The notes beneath the pieces are model-generated. The model worked only from the letters and a program-made list of their open reading frames with translations. It was not told the origin of the DNA and ran no database searches. This document shows, piece after piece, positions 1-11,971 of a stretch of DNA of 64,000 nucleotides (position 1 is the stretch's first letter; every line of letters begins with the position of its first letter). The translations under genes and the position numbers were made by a program. The stretch is from Squalus acanthias (lineage: Eukaryota): assembly GCA_030390025.1 (NCBI GenBank), contig CM059432.1, forward strand, positions 52,020,001 through 52,084,000, written 5' to 3'.

Positions 1-576
1 CTAAAACGAGCACAAAATGGTCAGAGCGTCTGCTCTATGCGCTGGTCTGTGCTGGCCTGAGGTTCAAGCCAAACTTGGCTTTGGGCCTCATTTAAATGCC
101 ACTGGCAAGCAGCCGACAAGGTTGGTTCTGGGATGAGCGGGCAAATTATCCCGGGATGGGTGGAGGGAGGATCAAACGTGCTGGCAGTGTGCCAGAGTAT
201 TTTGTGGCGGATTCCTATTTTTCCAGGGTCCACAAAAATAAAAAATGAATATTTATGGGCCTTTTTTTGAACGGTTTCCAGCCGTCCCTTTAAGACCTGG
301 TACAACTAGATGGAGCGTGGACAGCACAAGTTCCACCCATTTGTATCTGAATTTCGCATTTGGGGTCCTACAACTGGCTTAGCACCTTGATTTGCATATT
401 TAAAGAGTCTAATGCCTGTTTCAGGTGGGCACCCTAGACAACGAAAAGTCACCCGAGCCAATATGGCATCTGGCACACATCCAGTGCAGATCGGGCACAA
501 CAGATAGCAAAGTAAAATTCAAAGGCCTAAAGCCCATTTTACAGCTGCAAAACTCTCTACATTTGAATTTCTCTCC
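1..576. mobile_element. Non-autonomous TIR element (Harbinger-type MITE); left end outside window
   Basis: Ends in aatttctctcc followed by att. Shares gcatatttaa...tgcctgtttcagg with 63043-63503. Confidence 0.55.
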
Positions 577-897
577 ATTTGTTCCTAGGATTAACGAATG
601 GCCTATACCATGTTACCAGAAAGCTAACCACCAAGGCCAATGGATTTCAGTGTTTGTGGAAAAACAGATGGATTCATGAAATGCAATTTTTAAAAACACT
701 GGTTAAAAATACCTCTCGTAATAAAAACAGGATCTGGAATATGCAGTCACTATAAGCCAATGACCTTGTTGATAGGGAAGATAAGTCCCTTTGTGTATTA
801 TAGGCAAGGCTAGTTTTTCCATCTTCAAAATGGAATTCCATATAAAATCTCCAAAACAAGGATGAAAATCTCAGAATCCCATGAATTTGACTTATTG

Positions 898-1504
898 GGG
901 GTGAAATTTAACTTCAGTGGGGGCACAAAACAGGTGGTAGCGGATTGGCTGCCCATGATATACCCTGGCTGATTTTTCTTTCTATTACAGAGAATAACAG
1001 AGAACACATAGCACAGAAACAGGCCATTCAGCCCAACTGGTGTATGCCAACTGTTTTATGCTCCGCACGAGCCTCCTCCCAGCCCTGTTCATCTAACCGT
1101 ATCAGCATAATCTTTCCTCCTCATGTGTTTATCTATTTATTTATTCTTTCTCCTTTCTATGTGTTTATCTAGCTACCACTTAAATGCATCTATGCTATTC
1201 ACCTCAACTATTCTTTGTGGTAGCAAATTCCACATTCTTGCCACTCTCTGGGTAAAGAAGTTTCTCCTGAATTCCCTATTGGATTTATTAGACTCTCTTA
1301 TATTTATGCCCCTAGTTTTGGTCTTCCCCACAAATGGAATCATCTTCTTTACATCTACCTTATCAAACCCTTTCATAATTCTAAAGACCTCAATCAGGTC
1401 ACCCATAATGAAGTCGATGGATTAAAAAATTGGGCGGAATATATAACGAACGATCAATCCATTACTGCCCGATTTGCACCACCACCAAAATTGAATTTCA
1501 GCCC
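898..1504. mobile_element. Foldback (hairpin) MITE with ~90-bp inverted arms, split by a CR1 3' fragment
   Basis: GGGGTGAAATTTAACTTCAGTGG... at 898 is the imperfect reverse complement of 1406-1504 (...ttgaatttcagccc). Confidence 0.65.
988..1406 (-). mobile_element. CR1 LINE 3' fragment
   Basis: ORF 1173..1406(-) GDLIEVFRIMKGFDKVD...FFTQRVARMWNLLP is the CR1 ORF2 C-terminus, followed by the 3' tail. Confidence 0.85.
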
Positions 1505-1589
1505 ACTGTAACCCAGTGGCTCTGCTCTCAACACTAACTAAATTTGCTTGTCCTATGGCTTTAAGAAACAGCAATGATAAAAACTTGAA

Positions 1590-2774
1590 GACCTTTATTA
1601 ACTGGTAATATCCATCTATGCATCCAATATTACATCAAAAAATCAACTAATCATCCTTGTGTATTCCCTTAGTGACTGTCTTGTGTGTGCCTTTGTCTAT
1701 CCTAGTGATGTCACGCAGTGCTACCCCAGTGGCTGCAGCATGGCTGGTGGAAGGCTGCTGACTTTCAGTGGGGGTCACTGCAAATGGTCTTGCAGGACGA
1801 CCTGGAGGAGCTGGTGGCTGGGAGTGTGAAATCGAGTGACAGTGTTTCTTCTTTTTCTTCACTCTCCTTTCCCTCTTCTTGGTCAACCATTGGCTGGGCA
1901 GGCTGGATTTCTTGAGTGTCTGAAATGAGGAAGGCACAAGGGTAGGGTTGTGGTGAGGGGAGGGTGGGGTAAAGCAAGAGGTGCATGCTTACACCATGTG
2001 CAGCTTGTAAATCAGAAGAGATTGTGGGATGAGGGGGAAGTGGGATGTGAGAAGAAGGATAACATATGAGGATACCGGCACCTTATATTCTTTCAGCCTC
2101 ACCTCTGGCCATGCCTCTGCCAAGAATGGCAGGTGAGTGATGGGGAGGGGGTGTCATGCATTGAGCAGTGTTTGAGGCTAGTGGTGCAGTTGGTAGGAGA
2201 CGGCTTTTGAAGATGCATTCATGGACATTGACCATTCGTCTGAGCTTCTTTGAACACTGGAGCCAGGTCCTGGGGGTGAAACTGCTGGCAGTGACAGCCT
2301 CGGTGATCTATTCCCACATCCTTCTTTCTAGAGGGCCTCCTGGCCCCCTGTGGGTAGAGGACCTCTCCGAACATCTGAGACCCTGGGTGCCCTTTCCCTG
2401 GCCTGTTGAGCCATTTGTGTTAGTGCTGAAGCATTTTTATTTGCAGAAGGCAGTTTGGCTTTAAGAGCTGCAGACTGCCTAGTGCTGAAGGATTTTTATT
2501 GTTTTTTATGTGCAGAAGGCAGTTCAGCTTTAAGATCTACAAACTGCCTTGAAGAGGAGCAGGCTTGCTTTATGTAAAGCTAGCCTCGCTCCAGTGACGC
2601 GAACTTCGGCCCCCTGCTGAGTGCATAGCCTGTCAGCAGTGCGTTTCTTGCTAGGCTGTGCGCTCCTATCATGTTAATTAGCAGACAGCACAAAATTGAA
2701 GTTGCGCCTGCGCTTTCTGAACAGGCGCGGGCATATCTCGCATTGCTTTTTTTGCGCTATTGAATTTCAACTCC
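1590..2774 (-). mobile_element. Internally deleted Harbinger derivative retaining Myb/SANT gene remnants
   Basis: Homologous to 21197-23286. Minus strand reads MWE*ITEAVTASSFTPRTWLQCSKKL and ends TKGIHKDD*. TIR-like aatttcaactcc at 2774. Confidence 0.7.
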
Positions 2775-2799
2775 ACAATATTTGCAGGCTATTCCACTG

Positions 2800-3035
2800 T
2801 GGGTGTATCCAATCATGTCCTCATCCAATGTCCAGGATGCCCACACACACATACTTTCCATCAGGTGTCACTGTTCTGCAATCAGCAGCAGGAACCTGAT
2901 TGATTTTCCTCTCCCTCCTGAGAACAATTTAGCAGCACTACTGCCACCCTGGCTGAGATCAGCTAAATCAGCACATGCCAGGATCCCCAGGAACTGCCCT
3001 TCAGACCTTCTGATCTCTATGTCTCAGTTGCACAT
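2800..3035 (-). mobile_element. Fragment of an unclassified SINE-like repeat (other copies ~31470-31780, ~37310-37500, ~46700-47000)
   Basis: Shared motifs tgctga-tagctgatctcag...gaaaatca...aggttcctgct between copies. Confidence 0.45.
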
Positions 3036-3038
3036 TGA

Positions 3039-3745
3039 GCCTCCGAACCGCAATAAATCTACGCACCTTCCTGATGGTCCTGGATCCATGGAGACTCGCG
3101 CTCCTGGACCTGCAGGGGTAAGCCTGCGTAAAGGCCCACATATCCCAGGGGCACAAGCAGTTCGCAAGCACCCCTGGGATCACGTGGGCTGGCCCAACCA
3201 ATCAGAAAGGGGATTCCCATTATGCTTATGGGGATTCCATTTACGTACGGAAACCCCCTAAGCTTAATAGGAATCACCCAAAAAATGCATGTACACAAAC
3301 TTGAAAAAAATTACATGTTTAAAACTAATTAAAATACAATTTCATTAAACATTTAAAACAAAAATTTAATTTTAAAACATGTAATTAAAAAATTTAAACA
3401 TTTTTTAAGGGGCCAAAAATAACACAAACTAATTTTAAAGGTTTTTGAATGTTAAAATAATTTTTAAAATGTTATTTTAATATTTATTTTCACCCTTACG
3501 CTGGTAAAAGGAGGCTTTACGCTGGCTTTTACCGGGCGTAAGAGTTTCATGGGCATTCGCGGGGCAAAAGTTGGGCAAATAGCCATTTCCTGGGGATGCG
3601 GAGGATCTTTCAAGAAGATTCTTGTCAGATCGCAAGTTTTTGATTTTTGCGCATGTGCAGCCCATGCATAAACCCGGAAATTACCGGGCACTTATGGCCG
3701 TGTACGCACCGCAAACACAGCCATAGGCCCCGGAAGATCCGGGCC
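3039..3745 (-). mobile_element. MITE family A copy (left terminus truncated)
   Basis: Reverse-complement homolog of 8417-11971 and 51278-51947; ends ggaagatccgggcc followed by att. Confidence 0.8.
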
Positions 3746-3843
3746 ATTGTGTTTACCAACTGAGCCATAGAGGGAGTTCTATTCCATAACTTTTGCTGGA
3801 AGGTGAATGTGTGGACATCAGTGAGGATAAGATCAGAAACATT

Positions 3844-5645
3844 GGTCGCGATTTCACCTACTGAGGCGGGTCCGGGGCAGCCGGGGTCGGTAGCGCAGTC
3901 CCAGCCCGCTGCCTGCTCCAGCCCGCTCTGTTGAAGTGATTTTACGTTGATTGGGCTTCTTAAGCCCGCACAGCGAGGTTCCCGGCCAATTAAAAGGAAG
4001 CTGGTCTGATGATGTCATTTGATGACGCATCATCAGCCGGTTTCCTTAAAGGGGCCATGTCCAAATTGATTTTGACAGTTGTGCTGTCAGTGTTCTGCAG
4101 CATTGAGGTGCTGCAAACACTGACAAGCACTACACAAAGGTGCACGGCTGCACCCGGGCTCTCCCATGACTCCCTCCATATGCTTATGGAGGGAGTCACA
4201 GCCCACACGGTGGTTCTCTTCCCCTCCAATGGGCGGAAGAGACCTCCCCAGGAGATCAATGCAGCCTGGTTGCACATTGCACAGGAAGGCACAAGCAGGG
4301 ATGTCGTCAGGAGGACCAGGCTGCAGTGGCACGAACCTTTCAATGATCTCAGCAGATCATGAAATGTTACTGCCAAGCCACACTCAACCTCATCCTGCTG
4401 TGCCACTCATCACATCCCCATCACTCTGCCTTCCCTACCCTACTCCTGCACATCCTTACTCACACCAACTTGCCTTGCACCTGCAACCATCCCTCTCTAT
4501 CTACATTATCACTTCCCCATCTCACTAGCCACCCCTCACACTCACCCTCACCCTAGTGCAATCATACCAACTAACAACTCACAAAGGTAGGCACTTGGGT
4601 GTTTTAGCTAATGTTCATGTGTTGTTTCTGTTAATGTGCTGTCAAACATTGAAACCTTTATTTTCAACACTTGCGTTCTTTGACAGATTTGTGTGAACCT
4701 TTGGAAGTGGCTTAGTGAGTTGCAGTGAATGGTGAGACATAACGGTACCCACCCCCCCCCCCCCCCGCAATGGTGATGAGTGTGAAAGGAATGGCTTGGT
4801 CATTGTAGGGATGCTTTATGGTGTTGGTGTGGGGCGGTGCCAACCTGGCGCATCATGTGGCAGCCAGGGTGTGCAGCATCAAGTGAAGTAAATCTGGCCA
4901 TGGTGAGGCCATCCCTGGCCTCCTGGGCAGCAATGTGGTCGGGTGCTGATGCCCTGTGTCCTGTGCAGCATCAGTTGATTGCGGAGAAGGTTGGTGTTGT
5001 TGTTGGTGCTGCTGGTGTGCCCGGTGATGCTGGAGTTGGGGCTGATCGTGGTGGGATTCTGAGGACCAAGGTGAGATAGTTTCAAGGGCACCGACGCTGA
5101 TGTGATAGATGGCAGGTGAACTTGAGATGACAGAAGCGATCTGTCAATGGTGAGAGAGGTTGTTCCAACGAGATGACACTGGATAGAGAGTTTACTCCAA
5201 ACACTTGCAACCTGCATAAAGCTCAATTTGTCTTCCAAATGAAGTTAGTAACAGCTTCTAACCTTGGAAAGTGAAGACCTATGAAATGGGAGCTTTTATA
5301 GACCATTTGCAGCTGTCAAGTTAGTAAATCATCCCATGCTGACACAACTCCCAACCTCCTTACCTGATGTGATCCCCGAACAGCGGGGAAGGCATTGGCG
5401 ACCACTAAAAATCTAAAGGTGAGCTTAAAATAATGCTTAATTGCCTCTTAATAATCCAGCTAATGATCTAAATTGCCTCCCCCGCCGCTTGGTGTCGGGT
5501 CTGTTCAGCGCTGACAGACCCGACACCTGGGAGACCAGCGTGGAGGTGGGTTGACAGCAGGGTCCTGACCCGCTGTCAATCATTTCAAATTTCACAGCTG
5601 ACCCGCCTCCGATCCCGTCCTCTCAGCGCCGGCAAAATTCCGGCC
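3844..5645. mobile_element. 1.8-kb non-autonomous Harbinger: Myb/SANT remnant (+), transposase reduced to a C-terminal stub (-)
   Basis: ATT TSD at 3841-3843 and 5646-5648; imperfect TIRs GGTCGCGATTT / GGCCGGAATTT. ORF 4009..4362 has the trihelix motif (RKRPPQEINAAWLHIA...FNDL). HIAAQEARDGLTMARF on the minus strand near 4880-4940. Confidence 0.8.
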
Positions 5646-5865
5646 ATTCTTTCTGGGCTGATGTCCAGAGATGTGGGTGACGAAGGAGGCTAAAGTGGAT
5701 GTTAAACAAATGATAAGCAAGCATCTAAGTAACAGTCATATATTATAATTATATATTTACAGAACACAACCTGCAATTTAACTCTTCAAGTGGATACTGT
5801 GGTAAAAAGAACACTAGTCAAAGAACTAAGCTAATCCTTTGAAAATAACTTTGAAACAATGCAAT

Positions 5866-6033
5866 GGCCCAGATTTTCCTGGAGACTTGCAGCATTGTAT
5901 GGCGCATCTATGTTGAAGGGTCCAATTTACAGCGTTATAATTTCTAGGAAATGATGGTGTAAGCGCCTTATGCCATGCCATATTTTCCTGGGTCTTTTTA
6001 TACACATTCAGTGCACTGAGGAAAATTAGACCC
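5866..6033. mobile_element. ~170-bp MITE
   Basis: TIRs GGCCCAGATTTTCC / GGGTCTAATTTTCC; left flank aat. Confidence 0.6.
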
Positions 6034-6435
6034 AAATGGTCTTTGATAGCATCACTTCAATAATGGAGTGCTACTTTTCAAATGAACAATAACCACCTAT
6101 TTATCTCTGGAAACATGAGATTTTCTTTTCTTTAAGAATTGGTTGTTAACCTGATTAACAAAATAATGCAAACTTTGTCAAAGAAATGTGGTTGGATAGA
6201 AATAAGAACCGGGTGTCAGAGTTTTTAATTTTTAATACTATCAGTTTTTGCTATGTGTTTTGGGGTCCAGAAAGTAGAAACTGTGTTTTCAAGAATTCAG
6301 TCACATTTCTTATTCTAGTACTACATTTTTAACCCAAAAAAGTATAATGGGAAATTATATTGCTGATTAGTTATTTCACTTTATAATTTTTAGGGCTTTC
6401 TCAAGACTTCTCCTGATAATAACTACAGTTATTAA

Positions 6436-6465
6436 ATGACTTGGGAAACATCTCAACCACGATAA
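6436..6465 (+). promoter_or_regulatory. 9-codon uORF (MTWETSQPR*) whose TAA overlaps the DLGAP1 ATG (TAATG)
   Basis: ATG at 6436, TAA at 6463-6465, main ATG at 6465-6467. Confidence 0.6.
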
Positions 6466-7421
6466 TGAAAGGGTTATCGAGCAGCCGAGGCCACCATCAT
6501 GCAACCAACTGTGACCCTTCATATGATACACTGTCGCACCAACAGGAAAGGAAGCCATACATACTCAATCCAGTTGACTCCCACGCTGGAGATCATTCTT
6601 ATTACACCCAGCGGAACTCCTTTCACTCAGAATGCATGGTTCCATTCAACGACCAAATGTCCAGTAGCACTTTTCCCAGAAGACATTATAGTTCACATCA
6701 TGACCTCAAGGATGAATGTGCCCTGGTGCCTGTACCCTCATCCAATAAAACCAACCGCATCCCTGCCAACCTCCTGGACCAGTTTGAGAGGCAACTCCCA
6801 ATCCGTCGTGATGGTTTCCACACCTTGCAGTATAAACGGACAGCCCTGGAACACCGCAGTGAAAGTCCAGGAAGGATCCGCCACCTGGTCCATTCAGTGC
6901 AAAAGCTGTTTACTAAGTCACATTCTCTGGAAGGTCCTTCCAAAGGAAATATGAATGGCAATAAAGCAAGTCCTGATGAGGTACATGCTATGAAACGTGG
7001 CAAGCGCAGCAAGAGCAAAGATAGGAAGTCAGAACTGAAGAACAAATCTAATATTTCCGGGTGGTGGAGCTCAGATGATAACTTGGATGGTGATGTATGC
7101 ATTTATCATGGGCCAACAAATGTGATGACCATGGGTCGATGTCCTGACCGTTCAACATCCCAGTACTTCATGGAAGCTTATAACACTATCAGTGAGCAAA
7201 CCTTAAAAACTTCTAGGAGCAATAATGACATGAAGTGCACAACTTGTGTAAATATCCCACTGAATGTTGACACACAAATCATGAAGAAGAGCTCGTGGTC
7301 TTCAACGTTAACTGTGAGCCGAGCCCATGAAGTTTATCAGAAATCCTCGGTGAATCTTGATAATAAAACTGTCATGAAATCGGAAACATGCCAGCAAGAA
7401 CGTTCGTGCCAGTATCTCCAG
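6465..7421 (+). CDS. DLGAP1: DLGAP1 (GKAP/SAPAP1) first visible coding exon, 319 codons; exon begins about 6394 with 5'UTR
   Basis: MKGLSSSRGHHH...RIPANLLDQFERQLP...SPGRIRHLVHSVQKLFTKSHSLEG...GWWSSDDNLD...ERSCQYLQ matches the vertebrate DLGAP1 N-terminus. Acceptor ttttag ends at 6393; donor CAG|GTATGC at 7421/7422, phase 0. Confidence 0.95.
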
Positions 7422-8416
7422 GTATGCATCCAACACGTAAAAATGTCAGAGCATATTACTGCTGCAAAAATTGCTTATACATTTAAAAGGTTTTTAATAC
7501 AACAAGTGCAGTGGCCATGTTTTGTGGACTGTGCTGGAAACACCACAACACTATTAGCACACCAAAACTGGAAAGATTCTGCTTTCCATTTATTGCACTG
7601 GAAAGAGAAGTTTCTTTAAGGGGCACTGGTTTTACAAAAAGTCTTTGGCAAATTACATTTTATTTGTTTACAAACACACAACACAGTGACATAAATCACA
7701 TGAAAATGCATCTTGGCACCTTTGCATGTGATGCCTTCATGAGATCCAAGATTGTGGGACGTGACGATCACTACCAGCTGACCCTCAATTAACCTTTTTT
7801 CCAGCTTCACCTTGTGTAACAATATATACTTGATGTATCGTTATTGCATGATCTTACATTCTGCAATATTAAATATTGTTTAGTTTTGATTTGCTCAGTT
7901 GTTTAATGGCTGTAAATTTCTTTAAAGTCCCTGTCCTTAAATCTCTTCAAACTAATTCCCTATTCTTGGAATATTGCATTTTCTAACAGAACCTTTTGTC
8001 ATCCATAATCTTAAATATTCTACTGACAATAGAATTTCCTGGAAAGTTTTGAGACAACCAGGATGTAAAAGTGGAGTTGCGGCAATTTTTTCCAGGGAAT
8101 TCGCATGTAACTGATTTACTCCGATTTTACACTAAAACATTGTTACACGAAAATTTCCTTCATCATTTGTCACGTCTTCCAAAACCTCACTAAGCTCATT
8201 AACATAGTTCCGTGCCCATGCAAAAAAATCAGAGAACGTGAGTTTCCTGCATTTATACCAGTTCTGAATTTAATCCCAAAATTTTAGGCATAGCTGGACC
8301 GGAAGTCACAATTTCTGGTGTTTTCTAGTGATTTTTTTTTTATTCATCCTTACTGAGATGCACTATCTTTCCTATATCTTTAAATGTTTTTTTATGACAT
8401 CAGAATCTGATACATT

Positions 8417-11400
8417 GGCTCGGATTTTCCGGGGCCTATGACCATGTACGCGGTGCGTACGCGGCCGTAAGTGCCTCGCAGGTTCCGGGTTTGCGCATGC
8501 GCAAAAACCTGGAACTTGCGATCTGTCAAGAATCTTCTTGGCAGATCCTCCGCACGCACAGGAAATGGACATCCGCTGGCAGAGGTTTGGGCTATTTGCC
8601 CAACTGCTGCCCAGTGAATGCCCATGAAACTCTTATGCCTGGTAAAAAAAATTAAATCATTTTAACATTCAAAAACCTGTAAAATAAGTTTGTTATTTTT
8701 GGCCCCTTAAAAAATGTTTAAATTTATTTTTCAAAAAATTAAATTTTTGTTTTAAATGTTTAATGACATTGTATTTTAATTAATTTTATACACGTAATGA
8801 CTTTTTTTATTTCAAGGTTGTGTACATGTGTTTTTTGGGTGATTCCTATTATGCTTATGGGGATTCCGTAAGTATTTAACAATCAGGAAGGACAGGCAGG
8901 AAGGAAGGGGAGGGGGGGGTGGCTATGTTAATAAAGGAAGGAATCACTGTAATACAGAGAAATGATATTGGGTCAAAAGATCAAGATAATGAAACAGTTT
9001 GGGTAGAGATAAGGAATAATAAGGGAAAAAAAACACTGGTGGGCGTAGTATATAGGCCTCCTAATAGTTGCAACTCTGTTGGAAGAAGTATTAATCAGGA
9101 AATAGTTGGGGCATGTAATAAGGGAACAGCTATAATTATGGGGGATTTTAACTATCATATTAACTGGACAAATCAAATTGGGCAGGGCAGCCTTAAGGAA
9201 GAGTTTATTGAGTGTCTTAGGGATGGATTTCTTGAGCAGTATGTAACTGATCCTACAAGGGGGCAAGCAACCTTGGACCTGGTACTGTGTAATGAGTCTG
9301 GATTAATTAATAATGTCCTAGTTAAGGATCCCCTTGGAATGAGTGACCATAACATGGTTGAATTCCATATCCAATTAGAGGGTGAGAAGGTTGGTTCTCA
9401 AACAAGCATACTAAGCTTGAATAAAGGAGACTATGATGGCATGAGAGCAGAATTGATTAAAGTGGACTGGGAAAATTATAGATTAAAGGGTAAGACGGTA
9501 CATGAGCAGTGGTGTTCATTCAAGGAGTTATTTTACAACTTTCAAAATAAATATATTCCACTGAGGAAAAAAGGGTGTAAAAGAAATGACAGCCATCCAT
9601 GGCTAAGTAAAGAAATTAAGGATAGTATCCAACTAAAAGCAAGGACATATAAGGTATCCAAAGTTAGTGGGAGGATAGAAGATTGGGAAGTCTTCAAAAG
9701 ACAACAAAAAGTAACTAAAGGATTGATTAAGAAAGGGAAAATAGACTATGAAAATAAATTAGCAAAAAATATAAAATCAGATAGCAAGAGTTTCTATAGT
9801 TATATAAAAAGAAAAAGGGTGGTTAAGGCAAACGTAGGTCCCTTAGAGGATGAGACCGGGAAATTAATGGTGGGAAACATGGAGATGGCAAAAATGCTGA
9901 ACAAATATTTTGTTTCAGTCTTTACGGTAGAGGACACTAAGAATATCCCAACACTGGACAAACAGGGGGCTCTAGTGGGGGAGGAGCTAAATATGATTAA
10001 AATCACTAAGGAATTGGTACTCAGTAAAATAATGGGACTCAAGGCGGATAAATCCCCTGGACCTGATGGCTTACATCTAGGGTCTTGAGGGAAGTGGCAG
10101 TAGGAATTGTGGATGCTTTGGTAATAATTTTCCAAAACTCCCTGAACTCAGCAAAGGTCCCGGCAGATTGGAAAACTGCTAATGTAACACCCTTATTTAA
10201 AAAGGGTAGTAGGCAGAAGGCTGGAAATTATAGACCAGTTAGCCTAACATCTGTGGTGGGTAAAATTTTGGAGTCTATTATTAAGGAGACAGTAACGGAA
10301 CATTTAGATAAACATAATTTAATAGGACAAAGTCAGCATGGCTTTATGAAGGGGAAGTCATGTCTGACAAATTTGCTCGAGTTCTTTGAGGACATAACAT
10401 ACAGGGTGGATAAAGGGGAACCAGTGGATGTAGTGTATTTAGACTTCCAGAAGGCATTCGACAAGGTGCCACATAAAAGATTATTACTCAAGATAAAAAA
10501 TCACTGGATTGGGGGTAATATTCTGGCATGGGTGGAGGATTGGTTATCTAACAGGAAGCAGAGAGTTGGGATAAATGGTTCATTCTCGGACTGGCAACCA
10601 GTAGCCAGTGGTGTTCCGCAGGGGTCGGTGCTGGGTCCCCAACTCTTTACAATCTATATTAACGATTTGGAGGAGGGGACCGAGTGTAACATATCAAAGT
10701 TTGCAGATGATACAAAGATGGGAGGGAAAGTAGAGAGTGAGGAGGACATAAAAAACCTACAAGGGGATATAGACAGGCTGGGTGAGTGGGCAGAGATTTG
10801 GCAGATGCAATACAATATTGGAAAATGTGAGGTTATGCACTTTGGCAGGAAAAATCAGAGAGCAAGTTATTATCTTAATGGCGAGAAACTGGAAAGTACT
10901 GCAGTACAAAGGGATCTGGGGGTCTTGGTGCAAGAAAATCAAAAAGTTAGTATGCAGGTGCAGCAGGTGATCAAGAAAGCCAATGGAATGTTGGCTTTTA
11001 TTGCTAGGGGGATAGAATATATAAACAGGGAGGTATTGCTGCAGTTGTATAGGGTATTGGTGAGACCACACCTGGAGTACTGCATAAATTTTGGTGTCCA
11101 TACTTAAGAAAAGACATACTTGCTCTCGAGGCAGTACAAAGAAGGTTCACTCGGTTAATTCCGGGGATGAGGGGGTGGACATACGAGGAGAGGTTGAGTA
11201 GATTGGGACTCTACTCATTGGAGTTCAGAAGAATGAGAGGCGATCTTATTGAAACATATAAGATTGTGAAGGGGCTTGATCGGGTGGACGCGGTGAGGAT
11301 GTTCCCAATGATGGGTGAAACTAGAACTAGGGGACATAATCTTAGAATAAGGGGCTCCTCTTTCAAAACTGAGATGAGGAGAAACTTTTTCACTCAGAGG

Positions 11401-11971
11401 GTAGTGGGTCTGTGGAATTTGCTACCCCAGGAAGCTGTGGAAGCTACTTCATTAAATAAATTTAAAACAGAAATAGACCGTTTCCTAGAAGTAAAGGGAA
11501 TCAGGGGTTACGGGGAGCGGGCTGGAAATTGGACATGAGTTTGAGTTCGGATCGGTCAAGGCCCTGTGGGTGGCGGAGCGGGCCCAGGGGCCGAGTGGCC
11601 TGGTCCTGCTCCTACTTCTTGTGTTCTTTAGAGTTGAGGTTGGATCAGATCAGCCATGATCTCATTGAATGGCGGAGCAGGCTCGAGGGGCCGATTGGTC
11701 TACTCCTGCTCCTATTTCTTATGTTCTTAAATGTAATCCCCATAAGTATAATGGGAATCCCCTTTCTGATTGGTTGGGCCGACCCACATGATCCCAGGGG
11801 CGCTTGCGAACCGCTTGCGCCCCTGGGATATGTGGGCTTCTACGGAGGCCTACGTGTAGAGACCCAGGAGTGCAAGTCTCCATGGATCCTGGACAATCAG
11901 GTAGGTGTGTAGATTTATTGCGATTCGGAGGCATTCGCCCGCGGGAAGCCTCCGACCGCAAATTCAGGACC
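8417..11971 (+). mobile_element. MITE family A, full length, interrupted by CR1
   Basis: ATT TSD at 8414-8416 and 11972-11974; TIRs GGCTCGGATTTTCCGG / GGTCCTGAATTTGCGG. The two halves rejoin when 8875-11728 is removed (compare 3039-3745). Confidence 0.85.
8875..11728 (+). mobile_element. 5'-truncated, young CR1 LINE (APE endonuclease plus RT ORF2, two frameshifts)
   Basis: ORFs 8919..10088, 10085..11107 and 11167..11538 contain [37 protein letters not shown] and FADD; (ttcttatg)n-type tail. Confidence 0.95.

Noticed and set aside
4003..4040. CTGATGA as a hammerhead core
   Set aside because: No stem II or GAAA follows; it is a short palindrome in the Harbinger subterminal region.
6441..7619. 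392-aa single-exon ORF
   Set aside because: The track start is TTG; the true ATG is 6465 and homology stops at the donor at 7421. The rest is intron read-through.
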